DNA from: Actinomycetes bacterium
GTDB taxonomy: Bacteria > Actinomycetota > Acidimicrobiia > Acidimicrobiales > JABEUL01
DNA length: 64,000 nucleotides
Reading direction: 5' to 3'
NCBI GenBank assembly: GCA_021777355.1
Contig: JAJYDO010000001.1
Span: 2,941 to 66,940, forward strand
This document shows positions 1 to 12,132 of this stretch, in pieces. The notes under the pieces are model-generated. The model searched no databases. It was not told the origin of the DNA and saw nothing but the letters and a program-made list of their open reading frames with translations. A program made the position numbers and the translations under genes. Every line of letters starts with the position of its first letter. Positions within the stretch are counted from its first letter, which is position 1.

Positions 1-2
1 AA

Positions 3-1061
3 ATTGAGGGCCATTTAATTGGCAAAGGTCAGCCCTGTTTTATTATCGCCGAAATCGGAGTAAATCATAATGGTGATCCGGGACTTGCAAAGGCCACTAT
101 TGATGCAATTCGGACAACGGGAGTTGACTGTGTAAAGTTCCAGACATTTTCTGCTGACGAATTTGTTAGTCCAAATGCCGCAGATTACGAATACATATCT
201 CAAGGCATTCAAGTAAAAGAGTCGATGCGAGATATGTTCAAACGCCTTGAACTGGATCGCAGTGAGCTTTCAAAGCTATTTGAGTTCGTTCGAGAGGCAA
301 ATATGGTACCGCTGTCAACTCCAGCTGATCGAGACGCTGTGGATCTTCTTGATGAAATTGGAGTTATGGCATACAAGGTAGGTTCGGATGACTTGATCCA
401 TATTCCGTTAATTAGTTACATAGCTTCTCGGGGCAAACCAATTATACTTTCAACCGGAATGGCTTATGCTGAAGACATAGATCGAGCAATAAAGGCCATT
501 GAACTAACTGGAAATGAGTCAATTGCTCTCCTGCATTGCGTATCCCAGTATCCGACCCCAGAGAGTGACGTAAATTTAGCAAAGATTATAGAGCTTAAGA
601 AAAGATACCAACGTGTTGTGGGATTTTCAGATCATTCCGTTGGCATCAATGCTTCGGTAGGCGCTGTGGCTTTAGGGGCGAGCATTATTGAACGTCACGT
701 CACATTGGATCACTCACTTCCCGGGCCAGATCATCGCTTTTCGCTCGACCCAGATGAACTTATAGCACTTGTTAAATCAGTGAGAGAAGTCGAGGCGATG
801 ATTGGATCTTCAAAGTTAATACCAACTGAAGCTGAGAGAAAAATGGCGGATGAGTGCCATAGATCGATAGTGGCTAAGGTTGATTTATGCTCCGGAGACG
901 TCATTAACGAAGAAAATATCTCCTATATGCGCCCAGGCGGTGGATTGCCGCCATACGAAATCAACAAAGTGATTGGGAAGGTCTTGAGATCGAATGTTCC
1001 TGCAGGATCTTATATCAATTTGGATAACTTGGATTCGATGACTCCAGATAATTCTGAATAA
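3..1061 (+). CDS. Nonulosonic-acid synthase, NeuB/LegI type (N-acetylneuraminate synthase family); 5' end cut by the window edge
   Basis: Frame 3 is open from nt 3 and is in frame with the listed ORF 225..1061. Nt 3-224 translate to IEGHLIGKGQPCFIIAEIGVNHNGDPGLAKATIDAIRTTGVDCVKFQTF, the N-terminal NeuB signature. The C-terminus has a SAF-like domain (VAKVDLCSGDVINEENISYMRPGGGLPP). Confidence 0.85.
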   Translation: MEGHLIGKGQPCFIIAEIGVNHNGDPGLAKATIDAIRTTGVDCVKFQTFSADEFVSPNAADYEYISQGIQVKESMRDMFKRLELDRSELSKLFEFVREANMVPLSTPADRDAVDLLDEIGVMAYKVGSDDLIHIPLISYIASRGKPIILSTGMAYAEDIDRAIKAIELTGNESIALLHCVSQYPTPESDVNLAKIIELKKRYQRVVGFSDHSVGINASVGAVALGASIIERHVTLDHSLPGPDHRFSLDPDELIALVKSVREVEAMIGSSKLIPTEAERKMADECHRSIVAKVDLCSGDVINEENISYMRPGGGLPPYEINKVIGKVLRSNVPAGSYINLDNLDSMTPDNSE

Positions 1062-1652
1062 ATTGAAGTTGCACTTCGAATTAGAATCCAAGCCTTATTA
1101 ATAGTTGTTAAACAAACTGATATTTAAGTTGCCGCCTATAGTAGCTCCCATCAAATATTGCCCACCCGGAGCGATTTGCTTCGTATCAGATTGACGAATA
1201 GTCTCCGGCATAGAAAAGTGAAAATTTCACCTGTGTAGGTTCTCTCAAGTTAAGGTGCTATCTGCTTCACCTAACTGTCTTTGTGCGAGGTGCCTAACAA
1301 GTTCTGGAAGGCTTTTTCTTGGAATTTAATAGCAGGTTTTCACTTCAATGTTGAATTCAAGGATTTTGCATAGGTTAGTATGACTCGAATTCCTAGCAAC
1401 CGAGGCACATCCTCAAGACGAGAATTGTACGTATTGTGCTGATCATTTCTTATGGAAATTTAGAAGATTGATAAAAGAGCAATTGAAATCGTGGTTTTCC
1501 GGTTCGATTGGTCTGCTTATCCCATTTTTTGGATTATTACCTCCACTGGAGTCAAAACTCACAATTATTGGTGATTTGATTAATTCCCAAAAATGGGTCC
1601 ATTTTGCTGCCCGCGCTTTACAGGGTGTTGAATATGTGGCATTATAGAAGTA

Positions 1653-1691
1653 ATGAAAATTTCCTCGTCGATCGTACTTGTAGTTATGTAG
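1653..1691 (+). promoter_or_regulatory. Candidate ilvB leader peptide ORF (MKISSSIVLVVM, 12 codons plus TAG)
   Basis: ATG at 1653 and TAG at 1689-1691. Five consecutive Ile/Val/Leu codons occupy 1671-1685. The ORF lies ~110 nt upstream of the ilvB start and is followed directly by stem-loops and a terminator. Confidence 0.55.
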
Positions 1692-1718
1692 CACACGCCC
1701 AACATTGCGTGTGCCTTG

Positions 1719-1746
1719 GCCTCCCATTCGGGGGGCTGTTTTATTT
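1719..1746 (+). terminator. Intrinsic terminator-like hairpin in the ilvB leader (attenuator terminator)
   Basis: GCCTCCC (1719-1725) pairs with GGGGGGC (1730-1736) across the loop ATTC, with one G-U pair. A TGTTTTATTT tail follows. A perfect 8-bp hairpin precedes it: GCACACGC 1691-1698 / GCGTGTGC 1707-1714. Confidence 0.55.
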
Positions 1747-1799
1747 GCAGGGAAGATTTAATTAGGAATTATCAAAAAATAGGAAAAGGAGAAACAACC

Positions 1800-3545
1800 A
1801 TGAAGCTGACAGGTGCGCAAGCTTTAATAAAAAGCCTGGAAACCCAGGGTGTCGAAGTAATGTTCGGCCTCCCAGGCGGTGCCATTCTGCCTGTATACGA
1901 CCCATTGTTGGACTCTTCAATCAGGCACATACTGGTGCGACATGAACAAGGCGCCGGCCATATGGCAGAAGGTTACGCTCAGGTGAGCGGCAAGCCGGGA
2001 GTTGCCATGGTGACAAGTGGACCAGGAGCTACCAATATTGTCACTCCGCTGGCCAATGCTTATATGGACTCCACTCCCTTAGTCGTAATTAGTGGACAGG
2101 TAGCTTCAACCTCCATTGGAACGGATGCCTTCCAGGAGTGCGACATCACTGGAATCACCATGGGTATTACCAAGCACAACTGGCTGATAACAGATGTCAA
2201 TGACATTCCCCAGGTCATTGCAGAAGCTTTTCATGTGGCAACAAGTGGCCGCCCAGGCCCTGTTTTAGTGGACTTTCCCAAAGATATTGCAAATGCTCTG
2301 ATGGAATGGCATGAACCTGGAGAGATTATCTTGCCCGGATTCAATCCCATCACGGAGCCAAATCCGGAGTCCATCCGCCAAGCAACTGAGCTGATATTAA
2401 GTTCAAAAAGACCGGTGCTTTATGTTGGCGGAGGAGTACTGAAATCACGTGCAAGCGAGGCGCTTTCTATCTTGGTTGAGCAAAGCGGGATCCCTGTGGT
2501 CACTACGCTTATGGCACGAGGAGCATTCCCTGACAGTCACCCACTGGCTCTTGGGATGCCTGGAATGCATGGAAACTATACTGCTGTCACTGCATTGCAA
2601 AAAGCCGATCTTTTAATATCTTTGGGTGCCAGATTCGACGACAGGGTCACAGGCAAAGTTTCAGCTTTTGCTCCAAATGCCAAAGTCATTCACGCCGACA
2701 TTGACCCAGCAGAAATTGGCAAAGTGCGCACTCCAGATGTTTCACTAATTGGTGAGTGCAGGAGGTCAATTGAAGAATTGACCAGATCACTCACTGAAAG
2801 AGCTGCCACCAAGGCGCCTGGTGAAACCCCGCTTCTGCCGCTTCAAATATCTGATTGGATTAAAGAGATTAGGGCATGGCAAGATGAGTTTCCACTTAAC
2901 TATGACAAAGAAGCAACAGATACCGTCAAGCCTCAATTTGTGATCGAATCTCTTTCAAAAGCAGCCGATGACGGAACAATTTTAGTTGCAGGCGTGGGCC
3001 AGCACCAGATGTGGGCTTCGCAGTATTGGAAGTTCGACCACCCTTATACCTGGGTTAATTCAGGCGGGCTCGGCACTATGGGTTTTGCAGTCCCCGCTGC
3101 AATTGGCGCCAAAGTGGGCAGGCCGGATAAGACAGTTTGGGCTGTTGACGGAGACGGTTGTTTCCAAATGACAGCACAGGAAATAGTCACTGCAACCGCT
3201 GAGCGAATCCCGGTCAAGATAGCGATTTTAAACAATGCTTATTTGGGAATGGTGCGCCAGTGGCAGCATATGTTTTACGACGAGCGTTACTCCGAGGTCT
3301 ACTTGTCCCCTGATCTTCCGAACTATGTTGGTTGGGCAGAAGCAATGGGAGCAGTCGGATTCCGAGTTGACACCCCAGAAGATGTGGGCCCAACCATTGA
3401 CAAGGCAAATGAAATCGACGACCGGCCTGTTGTGATTGACTTTAGAACAGATGTCACCGAGAAGGTTTTCCCCATGGTGGCAGCCGGCGCATCAAATGAC
3501 GACATCATGGTTGGACCATTTGGACGTAAAGGAGAGAGTAAATGA
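1800..3545 (+). CDS. ilvB: Acetolactate synthase (acetohydroxy-acid synthase) large subunit
   Basis: MKLTGAQALIKSLETQGVEVMFGLPGGAILPVYDPL...HEQGAGHMAEGYA...SGPGATN is close to actinobacterial IlvB, and the TPP-binding GDGCFQM motif is present. ATG 1800 is preceded by AAAGGAG. The longer ORF from 1716 would run through the leader terminator. Confidence 0.95.
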   Translation: MKLTGAQALIKSLETQGVEVMFGLPGGAILPVYDPLLDSSIRHILVRHEQGAGHMAEGYAQVSGKPGVAMVTSGPGATNIVTPLANAYMDSTPLVVISGQVASTSIGTDAFQECDITGITMGITKHNWLITDVNDIPQVIAEAFHVATSGRPGPVLVDFPKDIANALMEWHEPGEIILPGFNPITEPNPESIRQATELILSSKRPVLYVGGGVLKSRASEALSILVEQSGIPVVTTLMARGAFPDSHPLALGMPGMHGNYTAVTALQKADLLISLGARFDDRVTGKVSAFAPNAKVIHADIDPAEIGKVRTPDVSLIGECRRSIEELTRSLTERAATKAPGETPLLPLQISDWIKEIRAWQDEFPLNYDKEATDTVKPQFVIESLSKAADDGTILVAGVGQHQMWASQYWKFDHPYTWVNSGGLGTMGFAVPAAIGAKVGRPDKTVWAVDGDGCFQMTAQEIVTATAERIPVKIAILNNAYLGMVRQWQHMFYDERYSEVYLSPDLPNYVGWAEAMGAVGFRVDTPEDVGPTIDKANEIDDRPVVIDFRTDVTEKVFPMVAAGASNDDIMVGPFGRKGESK

Positions 3546-4066
3546 CAAGCGCGAAACACCACATTGTCACTGCCTTAGTTGAAAATAAGGCCGGAGTATT
3601 GGCACGTGTAGCTGGTCTTTTTGCCAGGCGAGGTTACAATATCTTTTCCCTGGCAGTAGCGCCAACGCATGATCCGAAACTAAGTCGAATCACAATTGTT
3701 GTTGACGTGGACTCTGCGCCACTCGATCAGATAGTCCATCAGCTAGACAAGCTCATAAATGTTGTGGAGATTCGAGAGCTAGGCCCTAGCGACTCGCTTG
3801 AAAGAGAGCTCCTTTTAGCCACTATTGCAGTAGATTCCCAGGTGAGAAGCGAAGTCATCCAAATAGTTGCTGCACTTGGAGGAGCGGTTTTAGATGTCGG
3901 AGTCCAGTGCCTGACAGTCGAATTGGCTGGCACCCCTGAATCTCTAGATACACTTGAAGAGTTGCTACGAAGCTACGAAATAGTTGCAATTCAGCGAACT
4001 GGAAGGGTAGCTCTTCCAAAACTAAGAAGTACAGGTTCTCAGATTGACAACCTAAGAATCGCATAG
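3542..4066 (+). CDS. ilvN: Acetolactate synthase small (regulatory) subunit
   Basis: The N-terminus HIVTALVENKAGVLARVAGLFARRGYNIFSLAV is an ACT domain. The start overlaps the ilvB stop by ATGA. Confidence 0.93.
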   Translation: MTSAKHHIVTALVENKAGVLARVAGLFARRGYNIFSLAVAPTHDPKLSRITIVVDVDSAPLDQIVHQLDKLINVVEIRELGPSDSLERELLLATIAVDSQVRSEVIQIVAALGGAVLDVGVQCLTVELAGTPESLDTLEELLRSYEIVAIQRTGRVALPKLRSTGSQIDNLRIA

Positions 4067-4109
4067 CTGATCTGACAGCGATAGTTCCTATAATTTTTAC
4101 GAAAGGTGA

Positions 4110-5141
<1,032 letters not shown>

Positions 5142-5347
5142 AAACTTACTTGTGACTAAAAGAGCTAAATCTAGCAGGAATGTTTTAAGATAATTATCGC
5201 ACTACTCCTAGTAGGTGATAGCCTCAAGTGAAGATGTTTTCCTCGAAGCAGTTCGCTTATTGCCCCCCAATACGTTTCCCGGCTGGTGCCAAATGCCTTT
5301 TCGAAGCCCTTTTTATCGCCGGTATTTTGAAGTTGAGATGAGATAAG

Positions 5348-6676
5348 TTGTACTCGCGAGTAGTCGTTCTTGGCGCCGGTTACGTTGGAATTACCCTAAG
5401 TGTCGCACTTTGCGCCACCGGAATAAATGTACTTGTTGCAGATATTGACGAGAATAAGATAGATCGTTTAAAGAATGGTGATCCATGTATACGCGAAGAT
5501 GGCTTAGAAGAACTTTTGAAAAAACAGATAGATTCTTCACGTATTGATTTCATCTCAGGTGATGCCTCGGTTGCAGCAATCGGTGCCGATCTTTTTTTCA
5601 TTTGCCTTCCAACCGATGTTGACATCTCCGGAAAACCTCAACTTGACGCACTAATAAATGCTGCACATATGGCAAGTCAAAACATGGCACCTAATGGCAG
5701 TTTGGCAGTCAAATCAACTGTGCTTCCCGAGACTACATTCAAAATTGCCAAGAGTATTGGAAGGCGCGACATAAATGTCTTAGTGTGTCCAGAGTTCCTT
5801 CAAGAAGGCACGGCGCTTCGAGATACTTTGAGTCCGGATCGAATTGTAATAGGGGCAGAAAACTTGCAAGCGGCATCAGAGCTAGCTGAAATTCTTCCTA
5901 AGAGTGAAAATACCGAAATAATTATTACCGATCCGACTTCAGCAGAGCTTGCCAAAATGATATCCAACACTATGCTCGCTTCAAAGGTTACTTTTGCCAA
6001 CTTGGTAGCAGATATTGCGGAATTAACCGGTGCGAATTCTCACGATGTTCTCTTGGCTGTTGGAGCTGACAAGCGAATTGGAAACACTCACTTGAGACCA
6101 GGCCCAGGGTGGGGTGGATCGTGCCTGCCCAAGGATACTCAGATGCTTGCCTACCTCACGCAAAGCATCGGGATGCCAAGCCAGTTTGTCGACAGCATTT
6201 ATTCGGAAAACAAGAATCATATTGAAAGAGTTGCTAGCAGTATTCTTGGCCTTATGCCACAAAAGGGCTCGACGAAACTTGCGGTTTTAGGCGTCACATT
6301 TAAAGGTGGGACAGATGACTTGCGCAGATCACCGGCAATTGAAATCATAAATGAAGTATCAAAGAAGGTTTCAAATATCCATATTTATGATCCTTCCCTG
6401 TCCTCAAGTTCCACTGTAAGTGACTTTGAATCCGTAGTTGGCCAAAATAAATTTTTCATCACTGAAGATCCTTATAAGTGCGTAGATTCGGCAGATCTCG
6501 CTGTGGTTTTAACTGACTGGGAAGAGTTTACGAAACTGGATCTAGCGCTAATTAAGGCCGTGATGGGAACACCGGTAATCTACGACACAAGAAACGTCGT
6601 TGATGAAACAGTCGCATCAGAATTGGGGATTGATCTAATCAAACTTGGAACTCAAAATCCCAAGAGGTTTTCTTAA
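5348..6676 (+). CDS. ugd: UDP-glucose 6-dehydrogenase family (nucleotide-sugar dehydrogenase)
   Basis: N-terminal VVLGAGYVGITLS Rossmann motif and the catalytic-Cys motif GWGGSCLPKD. TTG start at 5348. Confidence 0.85.
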   Translation: MYSRVVVLGAGYVGITLSVALCATGINVLVADIDENKIDRLKNGDPCIREDGLEELLKKQIDSSRIDFISGDASVAAIGADLFFICLPTDVDISGKPQLDALINAAHMASQNMAPNGSLAVKSTVLPETTFKIAKSIGRRDINVLVCPEFLQEGTALRDTLSPDRIVIGAENLQAASELAEILPKSENTEIIITDPTSAELAKMISNTMLASKVTFANLVADIAELTGANSHDVLLAVGADKRIGNTHLRPGPGWGGSCLPKDTQMLAYLTQSIGMPSQFVDSIYSENKNHIERVASSILGLMPQKGSTKLAVLGVTFKGGTDDLRRSPAIEIINEVSKKVSNIHIYDPSLSSSSTVSDFESVVGQNKFFITEDPYKCVDSADLAVVLTDWEEFTKLDLALIKAVMGTPVIYDTRNVVDETVASELGIDLIKLGTQNPKRFS

Positions 6677-6681
6677 ACTGG

Positions 6682-7695
6682 TTGCAACCTATGGCAGATG
6701 AATTGGGTGGTACCTCGATGCCAAAAGGATATGTAGTAGCAGGGGCTGCTGGGTTTATTGGTTCACACTTGGTCGAAGCTTTGCTGAGTCAGGGAAGCAG
6801 TGTTCTAGGAATTGATAATTATTTAACCGGCAAGCAAGAAAATATTTCCCACTTAGTAAATAGCGGCAACTTTATTCCAATTAATGGTGATATTTCTTTC
6901 CCGGAAGACGCTTGCTTTCAATCGGCCAGACAATTTCTAGGATCCAAAAACTTTAAATCTACTTACGTTTTTAATTTTGCCAGCGCTGCTTCTCCCCTAA
7001 TCTATCAAGAATTTCAAATAGAGACTTTGATGGCGGGTTCCTTGGGGACAAAGAACTTGCTTGATCTTGCCACCGAGACATCATCTAGATTCATCCAAGC
7101 CTCCACGAGCGAGATATATGGCAACCCAAAAGTTCATCCCCAGGTCGAAGAGTACCATGGCGATGTTGATCCAATCGGACCAAGAAGTATGTACGACGAA
7201 GCAAAGCGCTTTGGAGAAGCCTTAGTAACTAGCTATGTGAATACAAGAAACACCAACGCAGGAATTGTGAGGATTTTTAATACCTATGGTCCAAGAATGC
7301 GAGAAGATGACGGAAGAGTAATACCTAATTTCGTATCTCAAGCCCTCTCAAACTGCGACGTCACTATTTACGGAGATGGCAACCAGACCAGATCCATGTG
7401 CTTTGTTGCTGATTTGGTGAGAGGAATAATCAAATTTGGGAACTCAAGCTTTAGGGGGGTTTTGAATCTGGGTAATCCTGAGGAGATAACCATGTTGGAA
7501 CTTGCCGAGAAAATCATCAAGGTCACCGGCTCTAAATCAAAAATTGTTCATCTGCCAATGTCTCCGGGAGATCCAGAAAGACGCCGTCCAGATATCTCAA
7601 GGGCAAAAAAAGTTTTGTCTTGGCAGCCAGAAGTCACTCTAAGCCAAGGTCTTGACTTAACAATTCCCTGGTACCGAGAACAGCTGGGTATTTAG
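6682..7695 (+). CDS. UDP-glucuronate decarboxylase (UDP-xylose synthase)-like short-chain dehydratase
   Basis: GAAGFIGSH, ASTSEIYGNP, YDEAKR (YxxxK), RIFNTYGPRM and IYGDGNQTRS are typical UXS-family blocks. The true start could be ATG 6691 or ATG 6718 rather than TTG 6682. Confidence 0.8.
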   Translation: MQPMADELGGTSMPKGYVVAGAAGFIGSHLVEALLSQGSSVLGIDNYLTGKQENISHLVNSGNFIPINGDISFPEDACFQSARQFLGSKNFKSTYVFNFASAASPLIYQEFQIETLMAGSLGTKNLLDLATETSSRFIQASTSEIYGNPKVHPQVEEYHGDVDPIGPRSMYDEAKRFGEALVTSYVNTRNTNAGIVRIFNTYGPRMREDDGRVIPNFVSQALSNCDVTIYGDGNQTRSMCFVADLVRGIIKFGNSSFRGVLNLGNPEEITMLELAEKIIKVTGSKSKIVHLPMSPGDPERRRPDISRAKKVLSWQPEVTLSQGLDLTIPWYREQLGI

Positions 7696-7988
7696 CACAA
7701 GAAATGTGTGGATAGCGTAGGAATTAGCTATAGGAAACTTTTCCGGCACAAAAATCCCTTAAATCCCGTTAATTTTTTAGCCTCAAGTTAATTCAAGAGG
7801 ATCCCTTCTTCGACTGGCAAGTGGCCCATTTCGAAATGTGAACCAATACCGGTGGAAGCAACAAAAATCACATTTTCGTGATGCATTGCCTTAAGAGTCT
7901 GCAATATTAAATATTTGATAAACGCCGAATTGGCAAATGGATTAATAGGATCCTAGCAAATGGTTCAGAGAATCCTAGTCAATAGCAT

Positions 7989-9143
<1,155 letters not shown>

Positions 9144-9257
9144 TTATCTATTCTCAACACTATCGATTATATGAAACATTAATGGGCTTAAAATCAGGAT
9201 GAAAGCTCTAAAAGTTGACTGTTTTGGAAGAGTTTGAATCTGTGCAAGCATATTAAT

Positions 9258-10505
9258 ATGGCTTCTGAACAATTTGAGAACTCCAGAAATGAGACTACTG
9301 GCGAAAAAGGCAGAATTTCCGAGCTGATTTCTGCTATCAAACCATCTGCAACTTTAGCTGTGGATGCTAAAGCCAAGGCATTAAAGGCTAAAGGTGAGCC
9401 TGTGATCGGATTTGGGGCAGGCGAGCCGGACTTTGCAACGCCTGAATTCATTGTTGAAGCAGCAACCAAGGCTGCCGGTGACAAAACCATGCATAAATAC
9501 ACTCCTACGTCAGGACTTCCGGCACTGAGAGAAGCTATAGTCCAAAAGACCCTTCGTGACTCAGGACTTCCAATCTCAACATCGCAGGTTCTGGTGACAA
9601 ATGGTGGAAAACAAGCAATTTCGAATGCTTGTTTGACACTTCTTGACCCAGGAGACGAAGTTCTTCTGCCTGTCCCCTACTGGACTACTTATCCGGAAGC
9701 CGTTGCATTGGCCAGAGCCGTGCCCGTTGAAGTGCCCACATCAATTGAAGATGACTTCCACGTCACTGCCGAAGAGCTTGAAAAACACGTGACTAGTCGA
9801 ACCAAAATGCTTATTTTGAACTCACCTTCCAACCCAAGCGGAGCGGTCTTGAGTGAAAGCGAATTGTCTGAAATTGGAGATTTTGCCCTCGAACACGGAC
9901 TTTGGGTACTCACTGATGAGATATATGAGCACCTCACCTATGGCGGGCGTCCTTTGGTTTCACTTCCTGTGGTAAAACCCGAATTAAGAGAGAAATGCAT
10001 TGTAGTCAATGGGGTTGCCAAGACCTTTGCCATGACCGGCTGGAGAGTCGGATGGATGATTGGTCCAAATGATGTGGTGGAGGCCGCAACAAACCTTCAG
10101 TCACACACCACGTCAAATGTCTCAAATATCTCTCAGATGGCCACCGTTGCTGCTTTATCTGGAGATTTAAGTGCGGTTGCTGAGATGAAGGTCGCCTTTG
10201 AGAGGCGCCGACAGAGTATTTTCAAGCTTTTCGGTGAGATACGCGATGTAGTGTGCAGGGAACCCGAAGGCGCATTTTATGCATTCCCCAGTTTCGAGAA
10301 GCTCTTAGGCAGAGAAATTAGGGGAGTAAAAGTTGAGACTACAGTAGAATTGGCTGAAATCGTGCTGGATCTGGCTAAGGTAGCTTTTGTGCCTGGAGAG
10401 GCATTTGGAGCACCTGGTTACGGTCGCTTTTCGTATGCGCTTGCAGATGCAGATTTAGGAGAAGGTCTCAGCAGGTTGATTGAACTGTTTTCGGAGGTTA
10501 AATAA
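9258..10505 (+). CDS. Aspartate/aromatic (class I) aminotransferase
   Basis: [20 protein letters not shown] and the PLP-lysine block [18 protein letters not shown] 9258 is preferred over TTG 9234. Confidence 0.88.
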   Translation: MASEQFENSRNETTGEKGRISELISAIKPSATLAVDAKAKALKAKGEPVIGFGAGEPDFATPEFIVEAATKAAGDKTMHKYTPTSGLPALREAIVQKTLRDSGLPISTSQVLVTNGGKQAISNACLTLLDPGDEVLLPVPYWTTYPEAVALARAVPVEVPTSIEDDFHVTAEELEKHVTSRTKMLILNSPSNPSGAVLSESELSEIGDFALEHGLWVLTDEIYEHLTYGGRPLVSLPVVKPELREKCIVVNGVAKTFAMTGWRVGWMIGPNDVVEAATNLQSHTTSNVSNISQMATVAALSGDLSAVAEMKVAFERRRQSIFKLFGEIRDVVCREPEGAFYAFPSFEKLLGREIRGVKVETTVELAEIVLDLAKVAFVPGEAFGAPGYGRFSYALADADLGEGLSRLIELFSEVK

Positions 10506-12074
10506 GTGGCAAGAATTCTAGTTACCGAGGAGTTGGCTGACCGCGGGCTCGAGTTGATGCGAGAGGCCGGTCACCAAGTGGATGTAAGCCTTGGATTGAC
10601 CCCGGATCAGTTGAAAGAGGCCGTTGACGGCGCTCACGCCCTTATCATTCGCTCGGCCACCAAGGTGACAGCCGAGGTATTGGGTGCCGGGACGTCTCTT
10701 ATCGTAGTGGGAAGAGCCGGTATCGGCCTTGACAACGTAGATGTAGCTGAGGCCACCAAGCGCGGGGTCATGGTAGTTAATGCGCCCCAGTCCAATATAT
10801 TAAGTGCGGCCGAGCAGGCAATGGCTCTCATGTTGGCACAGGCCAGGAATATCCCTCAGGCCCATACGGCACTCACTGCCGGCAGGTGGGAAAGATCTAA
10901 ATGGGAGGGCGTCGAGCTCCATGGCAAAACTCTGGGAGTAGTCGGACTCGGTCGAGTTGGGGCCTTAGTGGCACAACGGGCCCTCGCCTTTGGAATGAGG
11001 CTAATTGCTTACGACCCATACGTCTCAGCAGAGAGGGCCAAGCACATGGGAGTTGAACTTCTTCCATTGGACGAGGTTATGGCTGAGTCTGATTTCATCT
11101 CGATCCACCTGCCAAAGACTCCAGAAACTGCAGGCCTGATTGGAAAGGAGCTTCTTTCAAAAGCCAAGGCAGGTATTCGAATCATCAATACGGCTCGTGG
11201 AGGAATTATTGACGAGACGGCTCTTTACGACGCCATTAGTTCGGGCCATGTAGGGGGTGCAGGCCTGGACGTATTTTCAAGTGAGCCATGCACTGACTCC
11301 CCACTGTTCACACTTCCAAATGTTGTAGTTACTCCTCACTTAGGAGCATCAACTGTGGAAGCCCAAGACAAGGCCGGAATAACTATTGCAGAACAGGTCC
11401 TCCTGGCTTTAGAAGGCGCCTTTGTGCCATTTGCAGTCAACATCAATGCCGCAGAAGCTTCGGCAGATGTCAGTCAGTTCCTAGGTCTGGCTGAACAGCT
11501 GGGCAGAATATTTGCTTGTCTTTCAGAAGGTCTTCCTGATCATTTGGAGATCGAATATCAAGGTGACTTAGCCACTGAAGATACCCGCATTCTGACTCTT
11601 TCAATTTTAAAGGGGATCTTTGCCGCAGGAACCGAAGAACCCGTTTCTTATGTAAATGCCCCCCAGTTGGCAGCAGAGCGTGGATTAGATATTCGCGAAA
11701 TGAAAACTTCCACTAGCCGAGACTACAAAAACCTAATGACCTTGAGATCTTCAACTCATGCCCTTTCAGGGACTTTGGTTGGAGTGCAATCTAGCCCGAG
11801 GATAGTAATGGTTGATGATCACATAGTCGAAGTTCCCCCTGCCGAACACATGTTAGTGGTTAGAAATGACGACCGGCCTGGAATGATTGGCGTGGTTGGG
11901 ACTCTTATGGGTACCCACAACATTGGCATTTCCTCAATGGCTGTCGGACCCTCTGCTGTGGGACCAACAGCCCTTATGGTGTTTTCCACAGGCCAAGCTG
12001 TCACCAATGAACTCCTGGACGAGCTTCGCTCAACCGATGGTATCATCGATGTCCACCAGATCGGAGCATTTTAA
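10506..12074 (+). CDS. serA: D-3-phosphoglycerate dehydrogenase, long form with C-terminal ACT domain
   Basis: GVVGLGRVGALVAQRA NAD-binding site, the HLGAST catalytic block, and a 522-aa length with a C-terminal ACT-like region. GTG start immediately follows the upstream TAA. Confidence 0.92.
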   Translation: MARILVTEELADRGLELMREAGHQVDVSLGLTPDQLKEAVDGAHALIIRSATKVTAEVLGAGTSLIVVGRAGIGLDNVDVAEATKRGVMVVNAPQSNILSAAEQAMALMLAQARNIPQAHTALTAGRWERSKWEGVELHGKTLGVVGLGRVGALVAQRALAFGMRLIAYDPYVSAERAKHMGVELLPLDEVMAESDFISIHLPKTPETAGLIGKELLSKAKAGIRIINTARGGIIDETALYDAISSGHVGGAGLDVFSSEPCTDSPLFTLPNVVVTPHLGASTVEAQDKAGITIAEQVLLALEGAFVPFAVNINAAEASADVSQFLGLAEQLGRIFACLSEGLPDHLEIEYQGDLATEDTRILTLSILKGIFAAGTEEPVSYVNAPQLAAERGLDIREMKTSTSRDYKNLMTLRSSTHALSGTLVGVQSSPRIVMVDDHIVEVPPAEHMLVVRNDDRPGMIGVVGTLMGTHNIGISSMAVGPSAVGPTALMVFSTGQAVTNELLDELRSTDGIIDVHQIGAF

Positions 12075-12132
12075 ATCTAACTATTGGCCGGATTTGACAC
12101 GACTATGCCTTGTCTGGCAATATAATAGTTAT

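Noticed and set aside
1443-1727. 94-aa minus-strand ORF in the gap between the NeuB-type gene and ilvB
   Set aside because: Its only Met start (1727) and first ~25 codons lie antisense to the ilvB leader ORF, hairpin and terminator. It has no recognisable motif. I treat it as a chance ORF, although the 738-nt gap itself remains unexplained.
1716-1799. Upstream extension of ilvB (listed ORF start at 1716)
   Set aside because: The extension (MASHSGGCFICREDLIRNYQKIGKGETT) starts inside the terminator hairpin and has no counterpart in IlvB proteins. ATG 1800 has a good AAAGGAG site and gives the conserved MKLTGAQAL N-terminus.
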